A stretch of DNA of 64,000 nt from Terriglobia bacterium (lineage in GTDB: Bacteria; Acidobacteriota; Terriglobia; JAJPHL01; JAPKYU01), in assembly GCA_965206645.1 (NCBI GenBank), contig CBDBKE010000004.1:640001-704000 (forward strand), in the 5' to 3' direction. The translations under genes and the position numbers were made by a program. The notes below the pieces were generated by a model that worked only from the letters and a program-made list of their open reading frames with translations, made no database searches and was not told the origin of the DNA. This document shows, piece by piece, positions 38,087 to 46,697 of the stretch; the first letter of the stretch is position 1; each line of letters opens with the position of its first letter.

Positions 38087-39267
38087 TACGCATGGGGATG
38101 CGCGCGGGGAGGCGGGTGGGCGGACTCCGCGTCGCGGGACTCCTCAGCGGCACCTCGATGGACGGCATCGATGTCGCCATCGTCCGCATCCGCGGTGCCG
38201 GCTCGCGTATCCGCCTGCACCTGGAAAGCTTCCGCACGGTACCCTATCCGGCCCGGGTCCGCCGGGCGCTGCTCGGAAGCTGCAACGCCAGGCAAATCTC
38301 GGTGGCCGAAATCAGCCAACTCAATTTCCTGGTCGGGGAACTTTTCTCCCGCGCGGTTGAGAAGACTTGCGCCAAAGCGCAAATCCCGCTGCGGTCATTG
38401 GACCTGATCGGCTCACACGGCCAGACCATCTACCACCAGGGCAGCGCTAGCAACGCGCACAGCTTCCGCGTGGCATCGACGTTGCAGATTGGCGAGCCGG
38501 CCATAATTGCCGAGCGGATTGGCGTTCCCACGGTGGCCGACTTCCGTACGGCTGACATGGCGGCGGGAGGCACGGGTGCGCCGCTGGCGCCTCTCCTGGA
38601 TTACCTGCTCTACCGGCACCCGCAGCGAGGACGCGCGGCGCTGAATATCGGCGGCATCGCCAACGTCACCCTGATCCCGCCCGGCGCGGCGCCAGCCGAT
38701 GTGGTGGCGCTGGATACCGGTCCGGGCAACATGGTGCTGGATGCGCTGGCGGAGCGGTTCACCGGCGGCCGTCGCCACTTCGACCGCGACGGTCAAGTGG
38801 CGGCGCGAGGCCGCGTGCGCCAAGCGCTGCTGCGCCGCCTGTTACGTCACCCGTTCTTCCGACAGCCTGCGCCACGCACGGCAGGCCGGGAGGAGTTCGG
38901 GCGCGAGTTTGTGGCCACGCTGCTCCGTGAGAAGCTGTCGCCTCAAGATCTGCTGGCCACTGCCACGGCGCTCACCGCCGACTCCATCGCCGGTGCGATC
39001 CGACGCTTTGCCCCCGGACCCATCAACGACCTCGTGGTCTCAGGCGGGGGCGTCCACAATCGGTTTCTCATGGCGAGGCTGGCGGCCGCGCTGCCCATCC
39101 GAATCTTAGCTGCTGAGAAGTTTGGGATCCCCGGGGACGCCAAAGAGGCGGTGCTATTCGCCGTGCTGGCCTATCACACCCTACAGAAAATCCCGGCCAA
39201 CCTGCCCTCCGCTACTGGCGCCAGACACGCCGCGATCCTGGGTAAACTGGTTCAACCCAGCCGATAA
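38083..39267 (+). CDS. anmK: Anhydro-N-acetylmuramic acid kinase
   Basis: GLLSGTSMDGID, GSHGQTI, DFRTADMAAGGTGAPL, LNIGGIAN, DTGPGN, KEAVLFA. Confidence 0.96.
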   Translation: MIRMGMRAGRRVGGLRVAGLLSGTSMDGIDVAIVRIRGAGSRIRLHLESFRTVPYPARVRRALLGSCNARQISVAEISQLNFLVGELFSRAVEKTCAKAQIPLRSLDLIGSHGQTIYHQGSASNAHSFRVASTLQIGEPAIIAERIGVPTVADFRTADMAAGGTGAPLAPLLDYLLYRHPQRGRAALNIGGIANVTLIPPGAAPADVVALDTGPGNMVLDALAERFTGGRRHFDRDGQVAARGRVRQALLRRLLRHPFFRQPAPRTAGREEFGREFVATLLREKLSPQDLLATATALTADSIAGAIRRFAPGPINDLVVSGGGVHNRFLMARLAAALPIRILAAEKFGIPGDAKEAVLFAVLAYHTLQKIPANLPSATGARHAAILGKLVQPSR

Positions 39268-39314
39268 GTCTCTGCAATCGGCTCAGAGGAGCTTCTAGAC
39301 GTGAGATCCCGGCC

Positions 39315-40166
39315 CTACTGTGACGCGGTGGCCTTTAACGTTTCGTACTGCTGGTCCTTGTTTGCCAGCTTCCGCTGAATGTCTTCACTGGTGGGTGGAA
39401 CGGCAACAGGTGGCCGCTGACTGGCTGCCCAGTCAGCCATATTGGCTTGATGGTGTTGAGAGGGAGCCCTCTCGACGTAGTCGCCCGGGATCTCGAAAAG
39501 CTCCGGCGGCGGCTCCCCTACATCCACAGAAATTGCCGTTTCTTCGCTATAGTCCGTATAGTCCGTCACGGTCCCGTCCGGTCGCCGGTACTCGAATCTC
39601 CTGCGGAGGGCATAGCAATCCAGATCGGGCGCTCGCCAGAATTGATCGCTGCCACTGACTTCCTGTAAACGGATGACCCTGAAGCCGAGTATGGTGTCTT
39701 CGCCGAGGACGCCAAATTGCCGGGGATCCAGGGGGTGCACGGCGCAGTTCGGATCGGTGAAGCGCGCATAGGGCTTGATGATGTGTTCTTCTCTCAGATG
39801 GAAGGTGGTCTTCGACCGCGTGCGTTGAGTAAACCCGATCATCCTCTTTTCCGGAACCAGCGTCACCCCGCCGCTGTGAATCAGCATTCCGTCATTTGGA
39901 AGCTCGGTATACTCGCCTTGAGCGTAGGAGCCGTCGCTGCGAACGGCATAGAAAAAGTCACGTTCCCGGAACTTTGTGGGATCATCCGCCAGTCCGGCCT
40001 TCCCATACATCTTGACGAAGAAAGCTTTCCTCGCTTCGGCAAAAACCGCTTGGGAACGGCTGTATCGGACGGCCCGAAACGAGGCCAGGCCAGCAACCAG
40101 CATCAGCAATAGGATCAGCAGAAATCTGGGTCTCATAAGGCTTTTGTGCTCCGACGCTTTCGACAT
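39315..40166 (-). CDS. Exported/membrane-anchored hypothetical protein (beta-rich, possibly DUF4412/LolA-like fold)
   Basis: N-terminal hydrophobic segment RFLLILLLMLVAGLA; LGEDTILGFRV...WRAPDLDC...VGEPPPELFEIPGDYVE; GAGG RBS in the 9-nt gap after the upstream ORF. Confidence 0.7.
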   Translation of the reverse strand: MSKASEHKSLMRPRFLLILLLMLVAGLASFRAVRYSRSQAVFAEARKAFFVKMYGKAGLADDPTKFRERDFFYAVRSDGSYAQGEYTELPNDGMLIHSGGVTLVPEKRMIGFTQRTRSKTTFHLREEHIIKPYARFTDPNCAVHPLDPRQFGVLGEDTILGFRVIRLQEVSGSDQFWRAPDLDCYALRRRFEYRRPDGTVTDYTDYSEETAISVDVGEPPPELFEIPGDYVERAPSQHHQANMADWAASQRPPVAVPPTSEDIQRKLANKDQQYETLKATASQ

Positions 40167-40175
40167 GTGGCCTCG

Positions 40176-40493
40176 TCAAGCGCAGGTTAGCGGACAGAAG
40201 AAAAACGCAGGGTTGGAGCACGCAGGCCAGCCGTACCCCACACAGGTGTCGGTATACCAGTCGCCCCACGGTGGCTGACAATACGGATTGTCCGAAGGCG
40301 TGGAGCAAATCTCGACCTGGCAAACCCAAGTTGCACAGTAAAAGGTATAGCGGATATTGCAGTAACCCAGGCAGCAGCCATTCCACTTAAGGCACGACTC
40401 CTGCGCCTGCGCCGGTTGGCTGCCAAGCCATGCACCCACTGCTGCCGCGAACAACACGATCAGCATGATTCTGTAGTTCGGAAATCGGCTCAC
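40176..40493 (-). CDS. Secreted Cys-rich miniprotein (105 aa precursor; ~75 aa mature, 12 Cys)
   Basis: AAGGAGGGG RBS before GTG 40493; signal peptide ending AQA; mature QESCLKWNGCCLGYC...PLTCA. Confidence 0.72.
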   Translation of the reverse strand: MSRFPNYRIMLIVLFAAAVGAWLGSQPAQAQESCLKWNGCCLGYCNIRYTFYCATWVCQVEICSTPSDNPYCQPPWGDWYTDTCVGYGWPACSNPAFFFCPLTCA

Positions 40494-40909
40494 GCTCCCC
40501 TCCTTCACCCCGAAGACCTCCCCCTGTCCCTCCAGCAAGGTCTTCCCCCCAAGGCTCAATTGTCGTATTAAATGTTTTAATCAGATGTCAAGCGAAATGT
40601 TTTACTGACCAAGGCGGCCTCCAGGCGCAGAACAAAAGGCGGACTCAGGCGTTTAGGTCGCGAGCTGGAGCGCTAGCCACCAACCGTTAGACCAGCGGCC
40701 GTTCGACCCAACGGTCGGACGGGCGTAATTTGTATTGAGCGTGGAGGGATGCTATAAGCAAGGTCTTGGCCTTGCGAGAACTACCCCCAATTGAGACCGC
40801 CATCTTCGGCAAGCATGGAACCGAAATAGCCAGAGGTGCGTAAGGCTAAGGTAGAGCGCCGGAAGCTGTTCCGGTTCCCGGCAGTCACGGACTCGCAGTC
40901 ACGGACTCA

Positions 40910-41800
40910 ATGATGCCGCCATCTCCCGAGGGAAGAACTAGGCTGCTGCTATGGACAGCCGTCCTGGTGCTGGCCTTGCCAGGACTGTTGCGCGGCGTTG
41001 AGCTCTCCCAAAGGCAGGCGGCTGCTGCGCCCGATGCATCCCTGATCACCCGCATTGTGGCCAACCAGCAGGCGGCCATGAAGCGTCTGCTGCAGTTTTG
41101 CTTCCGCCAGCGCATCCTGGAAGAGAAGCTTCACGCCGACGGCCTGGTGAAGGAGACCGAGGAGCGCGAGGAGCTGGTTTGCCACCTGGACGGCGTGCCG
41201 CTGTATAAGCAACTGCTGATTAACGGACAGCCCACAGGCCAGCGCGAGACTGATCCCTGGCCAGACATCCGCAAGGACAACAACTGGCAGAAGCAGGTGC
41301 AACGTGCCGCCAAACGCCACCAGCGCTACCAGACGATGATCGGCGAAGTCCCCAAGTTGCTCGACTTCGCTCGTGTGGGGGAACGGATGGTCGAGGGACG
41401 GCGAACTGTCCTCTACCGCCTGACGCCGAAGCCAAGCTACCGGTCCAAATCTCGCGCCACCGAATTGCTGAGACATGTCACCGCGCTGAGCTGGGTAGAC
41501 CCCGAGTCCGCGCACGTGGTGCGGTTCCAGGCCCAGGTGAAGCGCGACTTTAACGTCTGGGGCGGGGTGCTGCTGAAAGTCCGTCAAGGAGCTACCATGG
41601 AGGTGCGGCAAAGGCCGGTCAACGGTGTCTGGCTCCCCTACTTTGCCGAAGAAAGGTGGCACGCCCGCATCGGGCTGATCAAAAATCAGGGATACCACAA
41701 GCGTGTCGAGCGCACCGACTTCCATCCTGCGTCCGAGCTTCCTACTGGCCGCCAGTCGTCCTCCCTCCGGGCGAAGCCAGCTCCGGACGGGGAGCTCTGA
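40910..41800 (+). CDS. Secreted hypothetical protein (LolA/MucB-like beta fold, inferred)
   Basis: Signal-like N-terminus, VGERMVEGRRTVLYRLTPKPSY, WVDPESAHVVR, VNGVWLP. Confidence 0.7.
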   Translation: MMPPSPEGRTRLLLWTAVLVLALPGLLRGVELSQRQAAAAPDASLITRIVANQQAAMKRLLQFCFRQRILEEKLHADGLVKETEEREELVCHLDGVPLYKQLLINGQPTGQRETDPWPDIRKDNNWQKQVQRAAKRHQRYQTMIGEVPKLLDFARVGERMVEGRRTVLYRLTPKPSYRSKSRATELLRHVTALSWVDPESAHVVRFQAQVKRDFNVWGGVLLKVRQGATMEVRQRPVNGVWLPYFAEERWHARIGLIKNQGYHKRVERTDFHPASELPTGRQSSSLRAKPAPDGEL

Positions 41801-41854
41801 GTGCACAGATTGGCGTTGCCAGGTGCGGCACTTCTCAGTCAGGGAAGGGGTGGA

Positions 41855-41884
41855 TTGACAGTAGCGTCAGCCGGCACGTACCAT
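41855..41884 (+). promoter_or_regulatory. Sigma70-type promoter of the APC/KimA-like transporter
   Basis: TTGACA (41855-41860), 18 nt, TACCAT (41879-41884). Confidence 0.6.
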
Positions 41885-41926
41885 CGGCTCGGTTTGGTCA
41901 TGGCCATCCCGAACCTCTAGCGAAGC

Positions 41927-44152
41927 ATGGCCGAAATCGCGCAAACCCCACCGGCAGCTCCACAGCGGGTCCGCATCGTGGTCGCCACCACGGTACTGCT
42001 CAGCTTCATCAGCTTCTGGCGCGCTGCCGCCATCGTCCTCAACGACCTGGGCTCGTCGGCCTTCTACGCCGCAGGCATCGCCGAGCAGGCTTACGGCAAA
42101 GCCGCCCCTTGGTTCATCTTGGCGGTGATGCTGTTCGCGAATGCCGTGCGCATGGTCTACATCGAGAGCTGCGGCATGTTCACCCGCGGCGGGGTCTATC
42201 GCGTGGTGAAGGAAGCGATGGGGGGAACGATGGCCCGGCTGGCCGTGGCCGCGTTGATGTTCGATTACATGCTCACCGGTCCCATCAGTTCCGTCGCCGC
42301 CGGTCACTATATGGTCGGGCTGATCAACGACTCGCTCGCCGTCGACCTACCCCGTGATGCCAGCTCCATGTTCTTTGCGGTACTGGTGATCCTGTACTTC
42401 TGGCGCAAGAACATCATCGGGCTGCGCGAGTCCAGTGAAAAAGCCCTGCGCATCATGTACGTGGTCACCGTACTGGTGGTGCTGGTGCTGGCATGGTGCG
42501 GCATCACGCTGCTTTTACGAGGCGGCCAGCTCGCCCCCTTTCCTAGCCTGGAAACCTTGCAGTTTAAAGAGACGGCGCTGGGTTGGTTGAAAGGGACACC
42601 CCTGACCAACATCCTGGCATTCGCTATGGTGATGGCCTTCGGCCATTCTGTTCTGGCCATGAGCGGGGAAGAGTCCCTGGCCCAGGTGAGCCGGGAAATC
42701 GAACATCCAAAGCTGAAAAACCTCAGGCGCGCCGGAATCCTGATCGGTGGCTTCACCTTGTGCTTCACGGCGTTGACCGCTTTCCTGGCGGTCGCCCTGA
42801 TCCCAGACGCGGAGCGGACGACCCGCTATGCCAACAACCTGATCAGCGGGCTGGCGATGAACGTCGTTGGGCCAGAACAGCTGCGACTGTTGTTTCAAGC
42901 CTTCGTCGTGGTGGTGGGCACTCTCATGTTGTCCGGGGCCGTGAACACGGCCTTGATCGGCTCCAACGGCGTGCTGAACCGCATGGCCGAAGACGGGGTG
43001 CTGACCGATTGGTTCCGCCGTCCCCATCCTCGTTTCGGCACCACCTACCGCATGATCAACATAGTGGTCCTGCTTCAGTTGTTTGCCGTTCTGGTCAGCC
43101 GCGGCAATGTCTACCTGCTGGGTGAAGCGTACGCTTTCGGAGTCATGTGGAGCTTCACGCTGATGACCATCTCCACCTTGGTGCTGCGCTTCAAGAAGCC
43201 CGGCCCGCGCGAGTGGCGCGTGCCGGGGAACTTCCGGGTGGGCCGTCACGAAATTCCGGTGGGAATCTGCCTGATCGCGCTGGTGCTGTTCTCGGTCGCC
43301 TTCACCAACCTGTTCACCAAGAAAGTAGCCACCGTTGCTGGCCTTTCCTTTACCGCTTTCCTGTTTATCGTCTTCAACGTTTCCGAGTACATCACCACCC
43401 GCCGCCGCGCTGCCCAAATCGGCATGGAGAAATTCAACCTGAGCGCCCAGGAGCAGGTGACCCGGGAGTTGGTGGGGTGCCGGCCAGGCAACATCCTGGT
43501 GGGTGTGCGCGATCAAAACACCCTGGAGCATTTGGACCACCTCCTTGAGCACACCAACACCGACGAACGCGATGTAGTCGTGATGACCACGCGGATGGTC
43601 AGCGGCGGCGACTTCGCCGAGCATCTGGCCGGTGACCAAAACACGTTCAGCCAATATGAGCAGATGCTCTTCAGCCGGGTTGTTAGCCACGCCGAAAAAA
43701 TGGGCAAGCCCGTCTTCTTGACGGTAGTGCCGGGAACCGATCCCTTCGAGGCAGTCATGCTGACCGCCCACCGCTTGCAGTCTTCTGCTGTGGTAGCAGG
43801 GACGTCCCACAAGCTGACTCCGCAGGAGCAGGCCCGCCGTACCGGCCTCGCCTGGGAAAAGCTGCCCCATCCCCGACCTCGCCTGTCCTTGCAAATCATC
43901 AAGCCCAGCGGTGACACCCGAAGCTTCCTGATGGGGCCCCACGCCCCCTCGCTGCGCCCGGAGGACGTGGAATTGCTGCACCGGCTGTGGCTGGAGCTGA
44001 CCGGGGACCCGAATCTGCGTGGTCTGCACCATGACCAGATCATCAGCGTGGCCCTGCGCCGACTTGCCGCTTCACTGCGCGCAGCCGACCGCGACGACAT
44101 CGTGGCCGAGCTCCGCCGTCTGGCGTCCGGGGAATTCCGTCCCCGGCGTTAG
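41927..44152 (+). CDS. APC-superfamily permease with cytosolic C-terminal domain (KimA/YdaO-like)
   Basis: About 12 TM; NDLGSSAFY, GGVYRV, FDYMLTGPISS, SGEES motifs; ~250-aa soluble tail. Confidence 0.85.
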   Translation: MAEIAQTPPAAPQRVRIVVATTVLLSFISFWRAAAIVLNDLGSSAFYAAGIAEQAYGKAAPWFILAVMLFANAVRMVYIESCGMFTRGGVYRVVKEAMGGTMARLAVAALMFDYMLTGPISSVAAGHYMVGLINDSLAVDLPRDASSMFFAVLVILYFWRKNIIGLRESSEKALRIMYVVTVLVVLVLAWCGITLLLRGGQLAPFPSLETLQFKETALGWLKGTPLTNILAFAMVMAFGHSVLAMSGEESLAQVSREIEHPKLKNLRRAGILIGGFTLCFTALTAFLAVALIPDAERTTRYANNLISGLAMNVVGPEQLRLLFQAFVVVVGTLMLSGAVNTALIGSNGVLNRMAEDGVLTDWFRRPHPRFGTTYRMINIVVLLQLFAVLVSRGNVYLLGEAYAFGVMWSFTLMTISTLVLRFKKPGPREWRVPGNFRVGRHEIPVGICLIALVLFSVAFTNLFTKKVATVAGLSFTAFLFIVFNVSEYITTRRRAAQIGMEKFNLSAQEQVTRELVGCRPGNILVGVRDQNTLEHLDHLLEHTNTDERDVVVMTTRMVSGGDFAEHLAGDQNTFSQYEQMLFSRVVSHAEKMGKPVFLTVVPGTDPFEAVMLTAHRLQSSAVVAGTSHKLTPQEQARRTGLAWEKLPHPRPRLSLQIIKPSGDTRSFLMGPHAPSLRPEDVELLHRLWLELTGDPNLRGLHHDQIISVALRRLAASLRAADRDDIVAELRRLASGEFRPRR

Positions 44153-44287
44153 GTTGCCGTTCCTCGACGAGTCTGACAGGAAGGGGCGGCCGGCCCGCCG
44201 GTTGGACCGCAGGCAGTTGGAGGCATAGTCGGAGGCACATTGGAAGCGCACATTGGAAGCAAAGATAGGTTCTGATAGGCTCGTGCC

Positions 44288-44986
44288 ATGAACAAACACG
44301 GCAAGACGCGGGCCGCGCTATGGGCCGGCTGCTGGTTCCTGGCCGTGGCAGCGCTAACCGGCTGCAAACAAGCACCGATTGAGCAGCCTGTTAAGCAGCC
44401 CCTGGTGGGACCACTGTTCGAAAACGAGCGCGTTCGGGTGATTGACGTCCTCTGGGAACCGGGTGCCGGGGTGGCTTCCAAGCAACTGGCAGAGGACAGC
44501 ACGATCGGCGTAGTCGGGGTTGTCGTCCAGGGTGGGACGATGGAACACGTTCAGGCCAGCGGAGAAAAGCAGCAGCAGGAGCGGCGGGCCGGTGACGTAC
44601 TTTGGCAGAGCGGCAGCGGCAGGGTTGAAGCGCGCCGGAACGTGGGTCAGACCGAGATTCGTGTCGTCCAGGCACTCCTGAAGAAAACCGAACCCACCGG
44701 CGCTTATCAGGGCCCCGTGGCGGGAGCAAAGAACGTCTACGAGAACCCGCATCTGGTGGCGTTTGACCAGACGTTCGCGCCTGGCAGCAAGTCCCCCATA
44801 CATTCATATGGCCCACGAGCTTGGGTGATCCTGGAGGGCGGCCATCTACGCTCGACCGACGACACGGGATACAGCGAAGAGATTTCCCTTCGACCGGCCC
44901 AGTGGGTGTGGCTCCCGGCTCAACAGCAGATCCTGGAGAACATCGGCTCAACCCCGGTGCGAGCCATCTCCCTGGAACTGAAATAG
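44288..44986 (+). CDS. Lipoprotein with tandem cupin-like domains
   Basis: Lipobox LTGC; two repeats starting FENERVRV / YENPHLVA and ending RNVGQTEIRVV / ENIGSTPVRAI. Confidence 0.75.
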   Translation: MNKHGKTRAALWAGCWFLAVAALTGCKQAPIEQPVKQPLVGPLFENERVRVIDVLWEPGAGVASKQLAEDSTIGVVGVVVQGGTMEHVQASGEKQQQERRAGDVLWQSGSGRVEARRNVGQTEIRVVQALLKKTEPTGAYQGPVAGAKNVYENPHLVAFDQTFAPGSKSPIHSYGPRAWVILEGGHLRSTDDTGYSEEISLRPAQWVWLPAQQQILENIGSTPVRAISLELK

Positions 44987-45000
44987 CAAGCCTTCGTGGA

Positions 45001-45029
45001 TTGACAGGCCGCAGCCTCCGATGTACGAT
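45001..45029 (+). promoter_or_regulatory. Sigma70-type promoter of the aldo/keto reductase
   Basis: TTGACA (45001), 17 nt, TACGAT (45024); AGGAG RBS before 45056. Confidence 0.65.
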
Positions 45030-45055
45030 CAACCCGAAAGAGCAAGGAGCGCCCT

Positions 45056-46000
45056 ATGAATCGCCGCCGATTTTTGCAATCCGCTGCAGCATTAGCCGCA
45101 GCACACCCGTTGCTGGAGGGCTACTCGCCACCGCGCAGCACAGGGACCGGCATTCCACTGCGCCCGCTGGGCAAAACGGGCGAAAAAGTATCCATGATCG
45201 GCCTGGGTGGCTCTGACCTTGGCAGGCCTCGCGAGGAGAAGGAAGCGCTGCGCATGATGGACTACGCCCTAGACTTGGGCGCCACCTTCTTCGATAACGC
45301 CTGGCTCTACGACGACGGCCTCTGTGAAGAACGCATGGGTAAAGCCCTGGCGGCTCCCAGCAAGCGACGGAAAGCTTTCGTGATGACCAAGGTTCATGCG
45401 CGCGACGCCGTCGGGGCCCAGAAGCAGCTGGAGGACAGCTTGGGCCGGCTGCGGACTGACGCGATTGACCTGTGGCAGTTCCACGATATTACCGACTTCA
45501 AGCAAATCGACACGATCTTCGGACCCGGTGGCGCCATGGAAGTGGCGGAGAAGGCCAGAAAAGAAGGGAAGATTCGCTACCTGGGCTTCACGGGCCACAC
45601 CGACCCGGCAGTGCACCTGGACATGCTGGAGCGCTACGACTGGGACGCGGTGATGATGAGCATGAACGTCGTCGACGCACACTGGCACAGCTTCCAGAAC
45701 CTGGTGCTGCCCAGGGTGGTGGAGAAAAACATGGGCGTGCTGGCGTTCAAAACGCTGTCGCGCGGGCGTGCCCTCATCCGCGCCCACACGCTCAGCGAGG
45801 CGCTACGCTACGTCTGGTCGCTTCCGGTGTCGGTGCTGATTTCGGGCATGGACCGTATGGAATTCCTGAAAACCAACCTGGACCTGGCCATGAAATTCGA
45901 GCCGATGCCGGCGGCCGAGAAGAAGGACTTGCTGGCCCGCACCAAGCCGTTCGCCGGTCCGGGAATTGAGTACTACAAGAAAGTGGTCAAGAGAGCGTAG
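45056..46000 (+). CDS. Aldo/keto reductase with Tat signal
   Basis: MNRRRFLQ; RPLGKTGEKVSMIGLGG, FFDNAWLY, MTK, IDLWQFH, GKIRYLGFTGH. Confidence 0.92.
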   Translation: MNRRRFLQSAAALAAAHPLLEGYSPPRSTGTGIPLRPLGKTGEKVSMIGLGGSDLGRPREEKEALRMMDYALDLGATFFDNAWLYDDGLCEERMGKALAAPSKRRKAFVMTKVHARDAVGAQKQLEDSLGRLRTDAIDLWQFHDITDFKQIDTIFGPGGAMEVAEKARKEGKIRYLGFTGHTDPAVHLDMLERYDWDAVMMSMNVVDAHWHSFQNLVLPRVVEKNMGVLAFKTLSRGRALIRAHTLSEALRYVWSLPVSVLISGMDRMEFLKTNLDLAMKFEPMPAAEKKDLLARTKPFAGPGIEYYKKVVKRA

Positions 46001-46141
46001 CCCACACCCGCACCTGAAAATCAGCCCCATCCTAGCTGGCCGCTCCCACTGCCGCCATATAGGGATTACACCAGCTGGAATCCACCAGGTACAGGAAGGA
46101 CAATCTGCGCTTGCCGGGTGCCACCGACGGGAACAGGTAGC

Positions 46142-46591
46142 ATGCGCGCCGTTATCCAGCGGGTTTCCCGGGCCCAGGTCAAGGTGAACGGGCAGATCAC
46201 CGGCCAAATCGGGCGCGGCCTGCTGGTGTTGCTGGGTGTGGGCAGCGCGGATGACGAGCAGGCGGCTCGCAACCTGGCGGAGAAGATCGCCCACCTGCGC
46301 GTCTTTGAGGACGACGAGGGCAAGATGAACCGCTCGCTGCTGGAGACGCGCGGAGCGGTTCTGGCTGTCTCGCAATTCACCCTCTACGGCGACTGCCGCA
46401 AGGGGCGGCGACCCAGCTTCGATCTCGCGGCACGGCCGGAGCAGGCGCGGTCTCTCTACGAGAAATTTGTTGAATTCCTCCAAGAACAAAGTGTGCCTGT
46501 CGAGCAGGGCGTCTTCCAGGCCATGATGGAGGTGGAATTGGTGAACGACGGCCCCGTCACCTTGCTTCTCGACACCGAACGCCAGTTCTGA
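46142..46591 (+). CDS. dtd: D-aminoacyl-tRNA deacylase
   Basis: [28 protein letters not shown]. Confidence 0.97.
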   Translation: MRAVIQRVSRAQVKVNGQITGQIGRGLLVLLGVGSADDEQAARNLAEKIAHLRVFEDDEGKMNRSLLETRGAVLAVSQFTLYGDCRKGRRPSFDLAARPEQARSLYEKFVEFLQEQSVPVEQGVFQAMMEVELVNDGPVTLLLDTERQF

Positions 46592-46697
46592 CCGCTGATC
46601 TCAGACCAGCATTCTCGCCTAAGAAGCACTGAGGACAACGAGCCCCGCTCTTGCTTTCTCTCTGTGCGTCTGACTCTCTGTGGAAAATCCGCAATTT

